Below are positions 1 to 10,331 of a stretch of 64,000 bases of DNA, one piece after another (position 1 is the stretch's first letter; every line of letters starts with the position of its first letter). Where the stretch lies: positions 193,236-257,235 of the forward strand of contig JALHMI010000002.1 of NCBI GenBank assembly GCA_022844125.1, written 5' to 3'. Position numbers and translations under genes: made by a program. This DNA is from Pirellulales bacterium (GTDB lineage Bacteria; Planctomycetota; Planctomycetia; Pirellulales; PALSA-1355). A model generated the notes under the pieces. It saw nothing but the letters and a program-made list of their open reading frames with translations. It ran no database searches and was not told the DNA's origin.

Positions 1-768
1 CTGGTCGCACGGCCAGCGCTTGTTACGCGGCATACCGGAGCCATGATCGGCGAAGTAGAACACGATTGTGTCTGCGGCCAGCCCCGCGGCGTCGAGCTCT
101 TTCAGCCGCTCGCCAGCGTCAGCATCGGCCTCACTCACCACGTCATAGTACTGGGCCCAATCCTTGCGCACTTCGGGCGTGTCCGGATGATAGGCCGGCA
201 GGCGCACTTTCGCCGGATCGTGGATCGCCTGGTGCGGCCGACGGCGAATCTGGCTCTCATGACTCTTGCCGGAATTGAATACCGCGAAGAACGGCTGCTC
301 GTTCCCCCGGTTCTTCCAATGCCCCCGCCGCGACGAATCATCCCACGGCTGGCCGGGCGTTTCGATGTTGTAGTCTTCCTTGACGTTGTTTGTGCAGTAG
401 TAGCCCGATTCGCGTAGCAGTTGCGGAAACATCTGCTTGCCGGCGGGAAACGGAACCATGCTCCGCATGTGCTCGCCGCCAGTCGACGACGAGTACAGCC
501 CCGAAATCAACGTGGTTCGCGCCGGAGCACACACCGGAGCGTTGGACCAGGCATGCGTGTAACACAGGCCGCGTTTGGCCAGTGCGTCGACATTTGGCGT
601 CGTGGCGTACGCGTCGCCATAGCAACCCATGTGGGGCCCATGATCTTCGCTCGTGAGCCAGAGGATGTTGGGGCGGACGTCCGCCGCCGAAGCCTCAACA
701 CAGAATGCACAGAATGCCAGCAGGGATGTGGCGGAGATCGTCAGAGTTATCGCCCGGCCACGCTTCAT
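1..768 (-). CDS. Cys-type (formylglycine-dependent) sulfatase, N-terminal 256 codons; the 3' end runs off the window
   Basis: Absent from the ORF track because no stop is reached. My minus-strand translation from ATG 768..766 gives [52 protein letters not shown]...[15 protein letters not shown]. This shows a signal peptide, the N-terminal metal-site segment and a CxPxR FGly motif. The ATG overlaps the TGA of the upstream gene (ATGA). Confidence 0.85.
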   Translation of the reverse strand, partial: MKRGRAITLTISATSLLAFCAFCVEASAADVRPNILWLTSEDHGPHMGCYGDAYATTPNVDALAKRGLCYTHAWSNAPVCAPARTTLISGLYSSSTGGEHMRSMVPFPAGKQMFPQLLRESGYYCTNNVKEDYNIETPGQPWDDSSRRGHWKNRGNEQPFFAVFNSGKSHESQIRRRPHQAIHDPAKVRLPAYHPDTPEVRKDWAQYYDVVSEADADAGERLKELDAAGLAADTIVFYFADHGSGMPRNKRWPCDQ

Positions 769-3302
769 AGCAACACCTCGATCGACGCGCCGCTGTCCGC
801 CGAGGCCACTAAGTCTGGGAGCAGCTTCTCACGGTCCGACTCCGGATCGGCGACGCGCACCCGGTAGCTTCCCGCGGTGAACACGTGCGGCCGGAATTCG
901 TCCCCGGCCAGCCGCAGGTTGTAGACCAGTTCGTTCTCCTCGTCGAATACTTGAACCAGCGGGTTCGAGGTCCCCTTAATCTTGAGCGTCGGCAGCCAGC
1001 CCTTGGCCAGCCGCGCGCTCTCGGCAATCGGTTCGATCACCACGGGCCAGCCGGGGAATTGTGTGTTCGCCGTCGTCGGATCGACCAGCAGCGGCCAGCA
1101 CTCGATCGTCACCGCTAGTGCATCTTTATCGAACCGCACGAGCGACAGCCCGCACGCCTTGTCACGTTCCACCTCGAGCAAGGTGCCCGAGAATGCCTGC
1201 GTCGGATTCGCCACGGCCAACACGGTGAGGGGGTGGCCAAAGTGATCGATGAACTCGCCGGCGCCAGGAGTGTTCGCATCCGCCTTGACGATCATCGCAC
1301 CCTGCGGCTCCCACCACCGCGGATAAATACTGTTTACCGGCGGACCTGCCAGCGCCGCGCCGGCGTCGCCATGCTCATCGATCCCGTAGCGCACGACGGC
1401 CGGCAGATGCTGATCGCCGGCGATGTGAAAGGCAAATGACTTGCGAATCAGGCGCAGCGCATCGTTGCGCGCCGTTTGCGGCCAGCCATTGGCGTCATAA
1501 TCCGCGCGCAAGATCTCGTGATTCGGCCCGTGCGTGGTCGCCATCGCGGTGAAGATCGTTTGCGAGACCACGGCCTTCATCCGCGCGCCGCGCCAGTCGG
1601 TCGCCCAAGTTCGCAGGAATGCCATCTGCCGGTCGCCCAAGAGCTGCAGGCCTGGCAGATCGGCCGACTTGGGGTCGTAGTTTGGATCGACGACATGATC
1701 GCCACGATTTCCGGTCGGCGGAACTTTTCCCTCCGGCCCGGACTTGAATTGCCGGTCGGCGAGGATCGCGAAGCTAACGCCGCCATAGACCAGTGGACCG
1801 TAGTAGACGCTGATCCCGCGCTTGCCCGGCGCGGGATCGAACGGATCGGGATGATGCGAGGTCTGCGTGCGGTGCACGGCGTTGACCCACTGCGGCGGCA
1901 TGTCATATCCGCCCGCTTCCTGCGTGCCGCGGCGCGGCTCGCCTCCTTCGCCCCAGATGTTGCCCTGGTAAACGTCGTGATCATCGGGAATCGAAATGCT
2001 CGGCCGGTCGCGCATCAGCGCGCGCCAGGTCCAGCCGTGCAGATACCACTTCCGCAGCATGTCGACGATGGCCAGGTCCACGGGCGAGCGCTGCACGCCA
2101 TAGCCGCCGCTCGACTCGTAGAACTGGTCGCCCGTGAAAGCGAGCAGATCGGGATTGAGCCGGCGCATGTTTTCGACATATTCGGCATTCGGAAACGCCA
2201 TGTGGCCGTTGCACGATACGTCGGCCACGGTGAGCACGCGCTCTTCAACGGGATCGCGGCGAATCGTGCCGGACCAATGATGATGATGGTGGATCTGGCC
2301 GCTGGTACTTCGCAAGTCGTAGCGCAGGCGATATGGTACGTCGGCATCCGACTGCCAATTCTCGATGCGAAACGTCGCAGTGCGGGCATCGCGATCGATC
2401 GGAGCTTCGGCGGCGGGCTGCCAGGCGCCGTCGCGCTCGAGGTCTAGCCGGACGACCTGCGAATCATGCTCGCCCAGCGGCGGCATCTGAGCCGTCAGCT
2501 TGAGCACTCCACGCGAAAGCGTGTACTGGCTGAACAGGATCGGCCCGAACAGGCGATCCGAATGTTCTCTTAGCAGCGAGCCGCTGGCCACCCACTCGCG
2601 AAAGTGAAACTTTCCGTTGCCCATGCTGGCGTTCGGTTGCGGTTGGCGGCGGCCGGGCCCCAGTGCACCAAAGTTGGCGACCAGAGCAAGTTGGCCAGCC
2701 AGTTGCGAGTTCGGGACCGTGCGCTCGGTCTGCCCCAGAGCTTTGCCACTCAGGTCAATAGCCGTCAGGATCAACTTGGACTTGCCACCTCTCGATTCAG
2801 CTGAGAGGTTCAGCATGACCTCACGCACCGCCAGCGGAACGTCGCGCGCATCATCGGCCGCCGGGTCATCAAAGAACAGCTTGCCTGCACCGCTAATCCC
2901 GGCATCCAGCCCACGGCCGAACAGCAGAGCATGTCGCCAGTCCGCAAGCGGCGACTTGATTCCCACGCGAAAGCCGGCCGAGCCAGGCGCGCCACCAAAA
3001 TCGCCTTTCGGGCGGCTGACAAAGACCAGCATCGAGAAATCACCATCTCCTTCTCCGAGCGTATGCATCAGCAGATGGACTTGCCTCTCGGGTGCCGCTT
3101 TGATGCACTCCAGCCGGCCTTCGGTAAGCCGCCAGTCCTGCATTGGATTGGCGAAGTATTCGGGACCGAGCCAAATGCGATCGGGCGTGGATGTCCACGA
3201 GCTGGTGAACTCGGCATGTGCCCGCGCAATACCGACCGCGGCCACTGCTGCGGTTAGAGCAGCGCTCTCGCAAACGAACTGTCTGCGCGTGCGCCGGCTC
3301 AC
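765..3302 (-). CDS. PhoD-like metallophosphoesterase (alkaline phosphatase D family) with a Tat signal and a large N-terminal extra domain
   Basis: 845 aa ORF with a GTG start. N-terminus SRRTRRQFV...ARAHA is a twin-arginine signal. Metallophosphatase motifs are present: [30 protein letters not shown]. The start overlaps the upstream sulfatase stop (GTGA) and the stop overlaps the downstream sulfatase start (ATGA). Confidence 0.7.
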   Translation of the reverse strand: MSRRTRRQFVCESAALTAAVAAVGIARAHAEFTSSWTSTPDRIWLGPEYFANPMQDWRLTEGRLECIKAAPERQVHLLMHTLGEGDGDFSMLVFVSRPKGDFGGAPGSAGFRVGIKSPLADWRHALLFGRGLDAGISGAGKLFFDDPAADDARDVPLAVREVMLNLSAESRGGKSKLILTAIDLSGKALGQTERTVPNSQLAGQLALVANFGALGPGRRQPQPNASMGNGKFHFREWVASGSLLREHSDRLFGPILFSQYTLSRGVLKLTAQMPPLGEHDSQVVRLDLERDGAWQPAAEAPIDRDARTATFRIENWQSDADVPYRLRYDLRSTSGQIHHHHHWSGTIRRDPVEERVLTVADVSCNGHMAFPNAEYVENMRRLNPDLLAFTGDQFYESSGGYGVQRSPVDLAIVDMLRKWYLHGWTWRALMRDRPSISIPDDHDVYQGNIWGEGGEPRRGTQEAGGYDMPPQWVNAVHRTQTSHHPDPFDPAPGKRGISVYYGPLVYGGVSFAILADRQFKSGPEGKVPPTGNRGDHVVDPNYDPKSADLPGLQLLGDRQMAFLRTWATDWRGARMKAVVSQTIFTAMATTHGPNHEILRADYDANGWPQTARNDALRLIRKSFAFHIAGDQHLPAVVRYGIDEHGDAGAALAGPPVNSIYPRWWEPQGAMIVKADANTPGAGEFIDHFGHPLTVLAVANPTQAFSGTLLEVERDKACGLSLVRFDKDALAVTIECWPLLVDPTTANTQFPGWPVVIEPIAESARLAKGWLPTLKIKGTSNPLVQVFDEENELVYNLRLAGDEFRPHVFTAGSYRVRVADPESDREKLLPDLVASADSGASIEVLL

Positions 3303-4879
3303 AAGGCGTTTCCCTTCTGCCCGGTTTTTTGACCCGCTTTCTGCCCTGCCCCGCGACGACCACCATACGCCACGGGATCGTCCTCGGCGGGGACCTTCAG
3401 TTCCGTACGCTGTCGATCGACCTCTGCGTGCAACTCCTGCTGCACGTCGGCATACTTCGCGTCGCCGTAAACGCTTATCAATTCGTGCGGATCGCTCTGC
3501 CGGTCGAACAGCTCCCAGTATTCGACGTCCGGCGCATAAAAGTGCACCAGCTTGTAGCGATCGGTCACGACACCGTAGTGCGGACGCACGCGATGTGGCA
3601 CCGGGTACTCATAGTAGTGGTAATAAAACGCCTTCCGCCAGTCGGCCGGCCGCTCCCCCTTGAGGAGCGGCACCAGGCTGCCGCCTTGCATGTCGGCCGG
3701 CGTTCTCACGCCGGCCACATCAAGAAACGTTTGGGCGAAGTCGACGTTCGATACGAGTGCCGCGCTCGTCGAGCCCGGCCTGGTCACGCCTGGCCAGCGC
3801 ACCAAGAGGGGCGTGCGGAGCGATTCTTCGAAGATCCACCGCTTGTCGAACCAGCCGTGCTCGCCGAGGTAAAAACCCTGATCCGAGGCATACACCACAA
3901 TCGTGTTGTCGGCGAGCCCTTCGTCGTCCAGGAACTTCAGCACGCGGCCGACGCTTTCGTCAACGGCTTTCACCGTGCCCAGGTAGTCGTGCATGTAGCG
4001 GTTGTACCGCCAGCGAACGAGGTCCTTGCCCGAAAGCTTCGCCGCGCGGAACTTGTCGTTGCGCGGCTTGTAGTAGGCGTCCCACTCCGCACGCTGCTGG
4101 GGCGTGAGCGAGCCGGGGGTCGCCAGTTTCACGTCCAGGTCGTTCATCGTCTTCTCGAGCGTCATGTCCTGTTCGCGCTCGGCCAGGCCGCGGCCGGCGT
4201 AGTCGTCGAACAGCGTCTCCGGCTCGGGATACTCGCGATCGTTGTCGTGTCCCAAATGACGCAGGGCCGGCGCCCATTCACGATGCGGCGCCTTGTGCTG
4301 GCACATCAGCAGGAATGGCTTCGACTCGTCTCGACTCTTCAGCCAGTCGAGCGACAGATCCGTGATGATATCGGTCACATAACCTTCGTGCTTCACCTGT
4401 TCGCCGTTCTTGATCATCGGCGGGTTGTAGTAGATCCCCTGCCCCGGCAGGATGTGCCAGTAGTCAAAGCCCGTCGGATCGCTGATCAGATGCCACTTGC
4501 CAAAGATCGCGGTCTGATATCCGGCCGACTGCAGCAGCTTGGGAAAGGTGGTCTGCGAACCATCGAACCTGCTGTTGGAGTTGTTGTAGAAGCCGTTCAA
4601 ATGCGAGTACTTGCCCGTGAGGATCGTGGCCCGGCTGGGACCGCAGATTGAGTTCCCCACCAGGCAGCGGTCGAACCGCATGCCCTGCGTCGCGATCCTA
4701 TCGAGATTCGGCGTCTCGAGCAGCTTGCGGGCTTCGCCATATGCGCTGATTGCCTGGTAGGCGTGATCGTCGGAGAAGATGAAGACGATGTTCGGCGGAT
4801 TTGCGAATGCTGTTGCGGTGAACACAGCAAGGCTGACTGCTACTGTAGCCAGGGCAATACGACAGAATCGAACAGACAT
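3299..4879 (-). CDS. Cys-type sulfatase (N-acetylglucosamine-6-sulfatase / arylsulfatase-like)
   Basis: Motifs [16 protein letters not shown] and [15 protein letters not shown] (CxPxR) are present. I chose the start at ATG 4879 ([26 protein letters not shown] signal peptide) because GGAGG lies 6 nt upstream. The ORF-track start at 4909 is less likely. Confidence 0.9.
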   Translation of the reverse strand: MSVRFCRIALATVAVSLAVFTATAFANPPNIVFIFSDDHAYQAISAYGEARKLLETPNLDRIATQGMRFDRCLVGNSICGPSRATILTGKYSHLNGFYNNSNSRFDGSQTTFPKLLQSAGYQTAIFGKWHLISDPTGFDYWHILPGQGIYYNPPMIKNGEQVKHEGYVTDIITDLSLDWLKSRDESKPFLLMCQHKAPHREWAPALRHLGHDNDREYPEPETLFDDYAGRGLAEREQDMTLEKTMNDLDVKLATPGSLTPQQRAEWDAYYKPRNDKFRAAKLSGKDLVRWRYNRYMHDYLGTVKAVDESVGRVLKFLDDEGLADNTIVVYASDQGFYLGEHGWFDKRWIFEESLRTPLLVRWPGVTRPGSTSAALVSNVDFAQTFLDVAGVRTPADMQGGSLVPLLKGERPADWRKAFYYHYYEYPVPHRVRPHYGVVTDRYKLVHFYAPDVEYWELFDRQSDPHELISVYGDAKYADVQQELHAEVDRQRTELKVPAEDDPVAYGGRRGAGQKAGQKTGQKGNAL

Positions 4880-5048
4880 CGGGAACCTCCGAAATGGTTG
4901 CTCAGCCATCGACCGTACCTTAGTCGAAGGGCTGGCCTGATTTCAACAAGATTCGAGGAACCAGTCCGTTGAGTGTGGATGCGTAAATCCGCAGCAGGGC
5001 TACGCGGCAGGAGTTACGCGTGCGCACTCCAACACATATTCCAGAAAA

Positions 5049-6389
5049 CTACTTCCTGCGTGAACCCGCGCCGAAGCCAATCGGGTCGCCGAACTCACTG
5101 CGCGCTTTCGCCAGCAGCGATTCAAGACGCGTTCTGTCGGCGCTGTACTGCGTGTCGCCAGCCAGATTGTGGAGTTCGCCAGGATCATTGGCCAGGTCAA
5201 ACAATTGCGTGTTGCGAACGCCCTTGGCGTCGTATTCCATGAGCTTCCAGCGGGCGTCGCGAATCATTCGCTGGCAGTCGCGATAGGCCCCGAAAATGAA
5301 CGGGCGGCCGGCCAGCTGGTGGTCGTGCAGGTTCGGAACCAGCGAGCGCCCTTCGACGGTCTCGGGCACCTTCGCGCCCGCGAACTCGCAGATCGTGGGG
5401 AACAGGTCGAACAGGTAGACCAGCGCATCGGACTTGCCCTGCGGGATGCCGGGGCCGGCGAACACCAGCGGGGGCTTTACGTGCTCGTACAGGTTTTGCT
5501 TGCCCATCAGGCCGTGCCGGCCACCGACGGCGAGGCCTTGATCGCTGGAGAAGATCACGATCGTGTTGTCGAGCAAGCCGCGCTTGCGCACGGCTTCGAT
5601 CACGCGCCCCATCTCGTAGTCGAGATGGCTGATCGTCGCGTAATAGCCAGCCAGATGCTGGCGCATCTCCTCGCGTGTGCGGGGGTGGGCCGCCAAGAGT
5701 TCGTCGCGCACTCGCAGCTCGCCGTTATCGAACGGGTGCTCCGGAAGGAAGTTGTCCGAGAGCGTGAGCTTGTCCGGATCGTACATTCGCTGAAATCGCT
5801 CCGGTGCAAGACACGGATCGTGTGGTACCGGCGGAGCCAGATACATGAAAAACGGCTTCGACGGGTCGTGCTCACTGAGAAACTTCAGAGCGTGCTCGGC
5901 ATTCTCCGTGGCTGAGGAGGCAGTTCGGCCCTCGGTTTCGATGTTAATCTCGAAGGCCGCGTTGCCGTAGCGACACGAATTGCCCCGTTTGCCGCAATGG
6001 AACGTCGCGTAGCCGGCCTCGCGCATGGCGATCGGCAAGAGCGGCATTCCGGGGGGCCGTTCCTTGGCTCGATCAGGAACATGCCACAGCGAGCGGCCAG
6101 TGATCAGCATCGTCCGGCTCGGCAGGCACACCGCGCCATGCATCGATCCCATGCAATAGGCGTTCGTAAAATGCGTGCCACGCTGGACAAGCCCGTCGAA
6201 CGTGGGCGTTTTGATTTCGGGATTGCCAAGCGCGGCAATCGTGTCCCACCGCTGATCGTCGGCCAGAATCAAGAGGACGTTAGGACGCGGCACAGCGGGT
6301 CCCTCGCCGAAACAGTACTTCGGAAGAATCGCGAGTAGCCCTAGCGCCATGGCCAAAGCGTGCCAAAAGCCAAACCGATTGCGAACCAC
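5049..6389 (-). CDS. Cys-type sulfatase (arylsulfatase A family)
   Basis: Motifs PNVLLILADDQRWDT and AVCLPSRTMLITGRS (CxPxR) are present, with a hydrophobic N-terminal signal. The GTG start at 6389 is preceded by AGGGAGA, 7 nt upstream. Confidence 0.9.
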   Translation of the reverse strand: MVRNRFGFWHALAMALGLLAILPKYCFGEGPAVPRPNVLLILADDQRWDTIAALGNPEIKTPTFDGLVQRGTHFTNAYCMGSMHGAVCLPSRTMLITGRSLWHVPDRAKERPPGMPLLPIAMREAGYATFHCGKRGNSCRYGNAAFEINIETEGRTASSATENAEHALKFLSEHDPSKPFFMYLAPPVPHDPCLAPERFQRMYDPDKLTLSDNFLPEHPFDNGELRVRDELLAAHPRTREEMRQHLAGYYATISHLDYEMGRVIEAVRKRGLLDNTIVIFSSDQGLAVGGRHGLMGKQNLYEHVKPPLVFAGPGIPQGKSDALVYLFDLFPTICEFAGAKVPETVEGRSLVPNLHDHQLAGRPFIFGAYRDCQRMIRDARWKLMEYDAKGVRNTQLFDLANDPGELHNLAGDTQYSADRTRLESLLAKARSEFGDPIGFGAGSRRK

Positions 6390-6544
6390 GATGCTGTCTC
6401 CCTGATGGCTGAGCGGACTGCGACACAGCTATTGTGACAGCGCCACACGTGGGCTTCTACGGGGCAGATTTGAACGCAGTTGCCGACGCGGCTAGGATGA
6501 CCCCGACCAAACTTCCACGAATTACCCCACGAGAGATCCTGCCG

Positions 6545-7759
6545 ATGTCGCGCCGCCTGAGTTTGAGCCTGATCGTCGTGCTGACCACATTTGCGCAGGC
6601 CCTTGCCAAATCGCCGCTGTTGGAAAAGCAGGAACTTTTCGTCGCCGGCGAGGGTGGCTATCCCAGCTATCGAATTCCGTCGCTGGTCGTAACGCCCGGC
6701 GGTGCGCTGCTGGCAGCCTGCGAAGCCCGCAAGACGCGGGGCGACTGGAGCCCGATTGACATTCTGTTCGTGCGCAGCGTGGACGGCGGAAAAACCTGGT
6801 CAGCACCGCGCAAGTTGGATCCACTGCCTGGCACGGAGCGGCAAAACCCCGCGGCCCGGCGGCCGGACAGCGCCACCGGCATCACCAACAACAACCCGCT
6901 CTGGATTGCCGATCGCAAGACGGGCGCAGTGCACCTGCTCGTCTGCCAGGAATACATGCGGTGCTTCTACGCCCGGAGTGAGGACGACGGGAAGACGTTC
7001 ACGGCGCCGGTCGAGATCACGGCAGCCTTCGAGGCATTCCGCCAGGCATACGACTGGAAAGTGCTCGCCACGGGACCGGGTCACGGCGTGCAACTTCGTA
7101 GCGGAAGACTGGTGGTGCCGGTCTGGCTTTCCACAGCCAGGGGCCCCTCGGCACATCGGCCGAGCGTGATCACCACGATTTACAGCGACGATCACGGCAC
7201 AAGTTGGCAGTGCGGAGAGATGGTGGCCAATGAAACCGATCCGCTGGTAAATCCCAGTGAGTCGGTTGCCGTAGCATTGGCTGATGGTGGCGTATTGCTC
7301 AACATGCGGAGCGAAGCCCTGGCCCACCGCCGTGCGATCGCCACCAGCCCCGACGGCGCCACCAATTGGACGCGGCCCAAGTTCGACGATGCGCTCGTCG
7401 AGCCAATCTGCATGGCGAGCCTGTGCCGCTATTCGCTCCCAGGCGAGAACACTCGCGGTAGGATCCTGTTTTCGAATCCGGCAAACCTTGAGCGCAAGGA
7501 CGGCAAGGAAAGGCCCGGCATGAGCCGTGACCGGAAAAATCTCACCGTGCGGCTCAGCTACGACGAGTGCGATAGTTGGCCCGTGGCAAAGACGCTCGAA
7601 GCGGGCCCCAGCGCGTACAGCGATCTGGCGGTCAGCCAAGACGGAATGATCTATTGCCTCTACGAACATACGCCACGCGAAGAAGCGCCCGGGCCGAGCA
7701 TCTTTCTGGCGAAGTTCAACCTGGCGTGGCTGACGGATGGGAAGGACAGCGGCGATTAG
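6545..7759 (+). CDS. Exo-alpha-sialidase (BNR/Asp-box neuraminidase), secreted
   Basis: YRIPS (RIP motif) plus five Asp-box-like repeats: SVDGGKTW, SEDDGKTF, SDDHGTSW, SPDGATNW, SYDECDSW. Start set at ATG 6545 (MSRRLSLSLIVVLTTFAQALA signal peptide) rather than the ORF-track start at 6434. Confidence 0.85.
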   Translation: MSRRLSLSLIVVLTTFAQALAKSPLLEKQELFVAGEGGYPSYRIPSLVVTPGGALLAACEARKTRGDWSPIDILFVRSVDGGKTWSAPRKLDPLPGTERQNPAARRPDSATGITNNNPLWIADRKTGAVHLLVCQEYMRCFYARSEDDGKTFTAPVEITAAFEAFRQAYDWKVLATGPGHGVQLRSGRLVVPVWLSTARGPSAHRPSVITTIYSDDHGTSWQCGEMVANETDPLVNPSESVAVALADGGVLLNMRSEALAHRRAIATSPDGATNWTRPKFDDALVEPICMASLCRYSLPGENTRGRILFSNPANLERKDGKERPGMSRDRKNLTVRLSYDECDSWPVAKTLEAGPSAYSDLAVSQDGMIYCLYEHTPREEAPGPSIFLAKFNLAWLTDGKDSGD

Positions 7760-7770
7760 CCCGCGGGCGA

Positions 7771-8277
7771 CTAGCTATTCAGTCGCCAGATCGAGAAGTT
7801 CAGCAAGACGGCAAAACTGACCCAGGCCAGGTACGGCACGAGCAACCACGCAGCCAATGGCGTCCGTCGATAGAACATGACGATCGTCGCCGCAATTGCC
7901 AGCCAGAGAAGAATGATCTCGGCGAAGGCCCAGCCCGGAGAGCGCAAGTAGAAGAAGATGCCGGACCAGGCCGTGTTGAGCGCGAGCTGCGTGAAGTACG
8001 GCACCCAGACTGCCGTGGCCGAGGGCGGCGGCCCTGCTCGCCAGGCAAGCCAGCCGGCCACCGCCATCAGCAAGTAGAGCACCGACCACACCGGTCCAAA
8101 GATCCAGTTTGGCGGGTTGAAGCTGGGCTTCGCAAGCGTGGGGTACCAATCGGTAAGCGCGCTGGTGGTGAGCGCGGAGCCAGTGCCCGCCGCACCGAAA
8201 CAAGCGACTAGAAACACCAGCAGCATCGGCCAGTGCGAATAATTTGGCCGGCGCAACGTGGATTCGACGGTGGCCAT
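7771..8277 (-). CDS. tspO: TspO/MBR family tryptophan-rich sensory protein (tetrapyrrole-binding membrane protein)
   Basis: Trp-rich five-helix pattern: WYPTLAKPSFNPPNWIFGPVWSVLYLLMAVAGWLAW...TQLALNTAWSGIFF. ATG 8277 is preceded by GGGAGG, 9 nt upstream. The ORF-track start at 8295 is a TTG. Confidence 0.85.
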   Translation of the reverse strand: MATVESTLRRPNYSHWPMLLVFLVACFGAAGTGSALTTSALTDWYPTLAKPSFNPPNWIFGPVWSVLYLLMAVAGWLAWRAGPPPSATAVWVPYFTQLALNTAWSGIFFYLRSPGWAFAEIILLWLAIAATIVMFYRRTPLAAWLLVPYLAWVSFAVLLNFSIWRLNS

Positions 8278-8304
8278 AGCGAGCCTGCCTCCCAACAGGT
8301 GCCG

Positions 8305-8934
8305 TCAGTTCAACTCGCGCACGCGGATGTTCTTGTAGTCCAGACGCGTGCCGTGGTTCTGCAGGCCGATGTAACCGGTCTTACGGTTGATTCCGGGATG
8401 TTCGGCGGCGTGCTTCTGCTCGTTGTCGAGGTTGGTCTTGCTGATCTCGGTACCGTTGAGGAACACCTGCACTTCGCGTCCCTGGCAGATGATCTTCATG
8501 GTTTGCCACTCGCCGGCCGGCTTGCTCACACGAGTCTTCGGCGGCGAGATCCCATAGACGCTGCCGCAGTATTGGCCAGGCATCAGGTTGGCATACTCCG
8601 GCGCGCGGTCGTCGAGCACCTGAACCTCCATGCCGGCGAAGGCGGGATTCCCTTCGTGCGGAGCGCGGAGAAACACACCGCTGTTGCCGCCGGCGGGTAC
8701 GCGAAACTCCAGTTCGATTTCGAAGTCATCGTACTCCTTGGTCGTCGAGAGCCAGCCGCCGCCACCGCCGCTGCAATAGAGGATGCCGTCCTCGACGTGC
8801 CAGCTGCTCATCGGTCCGTCGACCGCCTTCCAACCCTCGAGATTCTTGCCGTTAAACAGCGGCACGGCGTCAGCCGCCACGGCGTGATGGGCGACGGCGA
8901 GCACCAGCAGGGCACAAGCGGCGAAGCGAAGCAT
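8305..8934 (-). CDS. DUF1080 (3-keto-disaccharide hydrolase-like, concanavalin-type) secreted protein
   Basis: Signal peptide, then LFNGKNLEGWK...WHVEDGILYC...YDDFEIELEFRVPAGGNSGVFLR...GLQNHG, the typical DUF1080 signature. Confidence 0.8.
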   Translation of the reverse strand: MLRFAACALLVLAVAHHAVAADAVPLFNGKNLEGWKAVDGPMSSWHVEDGILYCSGGGGGWLSTTKEYDDFEIELEFRVPAGGNSGVFLRAPHEGNPAFAGMEVQVLDDRAPEYANLMPGQYCGSVYGISPPKTRVSKPAGEWQTMKIICQGREVQVFLNGTEISKTNLDNEQKHAAEHPGINRKTGYIGLQNHGTRLDYKNIRVRELN

Positions 8935-8965
8935 GATGAACTCCAGGTGGGATTATCTTAGATGA

Positions 8966-9460
8966 TTAGTTGGTGTGATCGAGCTCGCAGATCGCGACGT
9001 TGCCGAAGCATTCGTCGATTTCGATTCGCAACCGCTGAGGACGTTGGCCAGTCTGCGTTTGCAGATCTGCGGTGAGCCGGCCGGCAATGTAGCGAGCCAA
9101 CAGCTCGGACGTGGTATTCGGCACGTCGAGCAGGATGCAATCGCCAAGCGGGAACACCCAGCGGCGATCGCGAAACGTGGCGGTCACCTCTCGTTCGTCG
9201 GCCACGACCTTGATCAACGGGTGCCGCGTGGGCAGCAGCATATGGTGATCCAGCTCGTCGACGATCGCCTTCAAGGTGTCACGCAGGGCGATGAAATCGA
9301 CAACGTAATGATTCTCGTCCAAGGGTCCGCTGACTTCGGCGGTGACGCGATAGTTGTGCCCGTGCAACCGCTCGCAAATATCGCCTCCGTACGTGATGAA
9401 ATGCCCAGCGCTGAACACCAGGTAATCCTTCGACATCCGCACGTGGTAGCGATCGGGCAT
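8966..9460 (-). CDS. 6-pyruvoyl-tetrahydropterin synthase / QueD-like (PTPS family) enzyme
   Basis: FSAGHF...GDICERLHGHNY carries the CxxxHGH PTPS/QueD motif. The start is ambiguous (ATG 9460 or 9436). ATG 9460 lies 7 nt after the upstream gene's stop. Confidence 0.8.
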   Translation of the reverse strand: MPDRYHVRMSKDYLVFSAGHFITYGGDICERLHGHNYRVTAEVSGPLDENHYVVDFIALRDTLKAIVDELDHHMLLPTRHPLIKVVADEREVTATFRDRRWVFPLGDCILLDVPNTTSELLARYIAGRLTADLQTQTGQRPQRLRIEIDECFGNVAICELDHTN

Positions 9461-9467
9461 GGCTGAG

Positions 9468-10331
9468 TCAGTCGAGGCGCGCGAGACGAAACGGTGGTTC
9501 AATTATGCCATCGCGCAGGGCGACGAACAAACCGGCGGCCACCAGGTCGGCCGTGGTGCCGGGATTCCGGCGGTGGCCGTCCCCCCGCAGCCAAAAATCG
9601 AGATCCGACAGTCCGTAGTCGTACGCGTCATCGCCGGGTTGGCCGCTGTCCAAAATGCGATGCGCGCGGACTGACGATTGCTTAGCGATCTCGGCGCCGC
9701 AGCGCCGGGCGATCAAGCTGTCTGGAAACCGCGCCATGAGTTGCACGTGAACGTGGACAATCGCGGCCAGCAAGTCGGGCCCCTGCCCGATGGCTGCGGC
9801 CATCAAGGGTACGACCGTCTCGAAGATATCCGCAAAGTCGGTCGCGTACTGACGGGCGACCATGTCGCGTTCGGCGGCCAGGCGCATCGCCGCAATGAGA
9901 TCAGCCGGCGGCTCAGCCGCGAGGTCCCCGTCATCGACCCTGCCCATGCCGCCGGGATGGGCGTGATTGATCGCGGCGTAAACCTGGCACGCATCCTCGG
10001 GCGTCAGTTGCCGCAGCACTTCGCCGACATGTGCAGCGAGCGGCAACTCGCGCGGCACTTTCGCCAGAGGAACCACGAGCAGCAGCGTGCCGAGATTGGT
10101 GTTCGTGCCGACGGCTGCGCGCGTGGTTTGCACCGCGTTCAAAATCGTTTGCCCGACGGGAAGCGCTGTATCCGCATCCAGCCGCGGACCAGTCAGCGAC
10201 GCCGCCACCACGAAGTCGGGATAGCTCAGGTCTTCGAAATCCGACCCGCGATGCACGTTTCCGGGTTTGGGCGCCGTGGCCTCCATGATCGTCGCCAGCG
10301 TGAAACACTGTCCGGGGCTGAGGCTGCTCAT
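9468..10331 (-). CDS. CitG/MdcB-family protein (triphosphoribosyl-dephospho-CoA synthase-like)
   Basis: ATAPKPGNVHRGSDF, TNTNLGTLLL and RRNPGTTADLVAAGLF match the family's conserved KPGxV and NPGTxADL motifs. The ATG overlaps the upstream hydrolase stop (ATGA). Confidence 0.75.
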   Translation of the reverse strand: MSSLSPGQCFTLATIMEATAPKPGNVHRGSDFEDLSYPDFVVAASLTGPRLDADTALPVGQTILNAVQTTRAAVGTNTNLGTLLLVVPLAKVPRELPLAAHVGEVLRQLTPEDACQVYAAINHAHPGGMGRVDDGDLAAEPPADLIAAMRLAAERDMVARQYATDFADIFETVVPLMAAAIGQGPDLLAAIVHVHVQLMARFPDSLIARRCGAEIAKQSSVRAHRILDSGQPGDDAYDYGLSDLDFWLRGDGHRRNPGTTADLVAAGLFVALRDGIIEPPFRLARLD

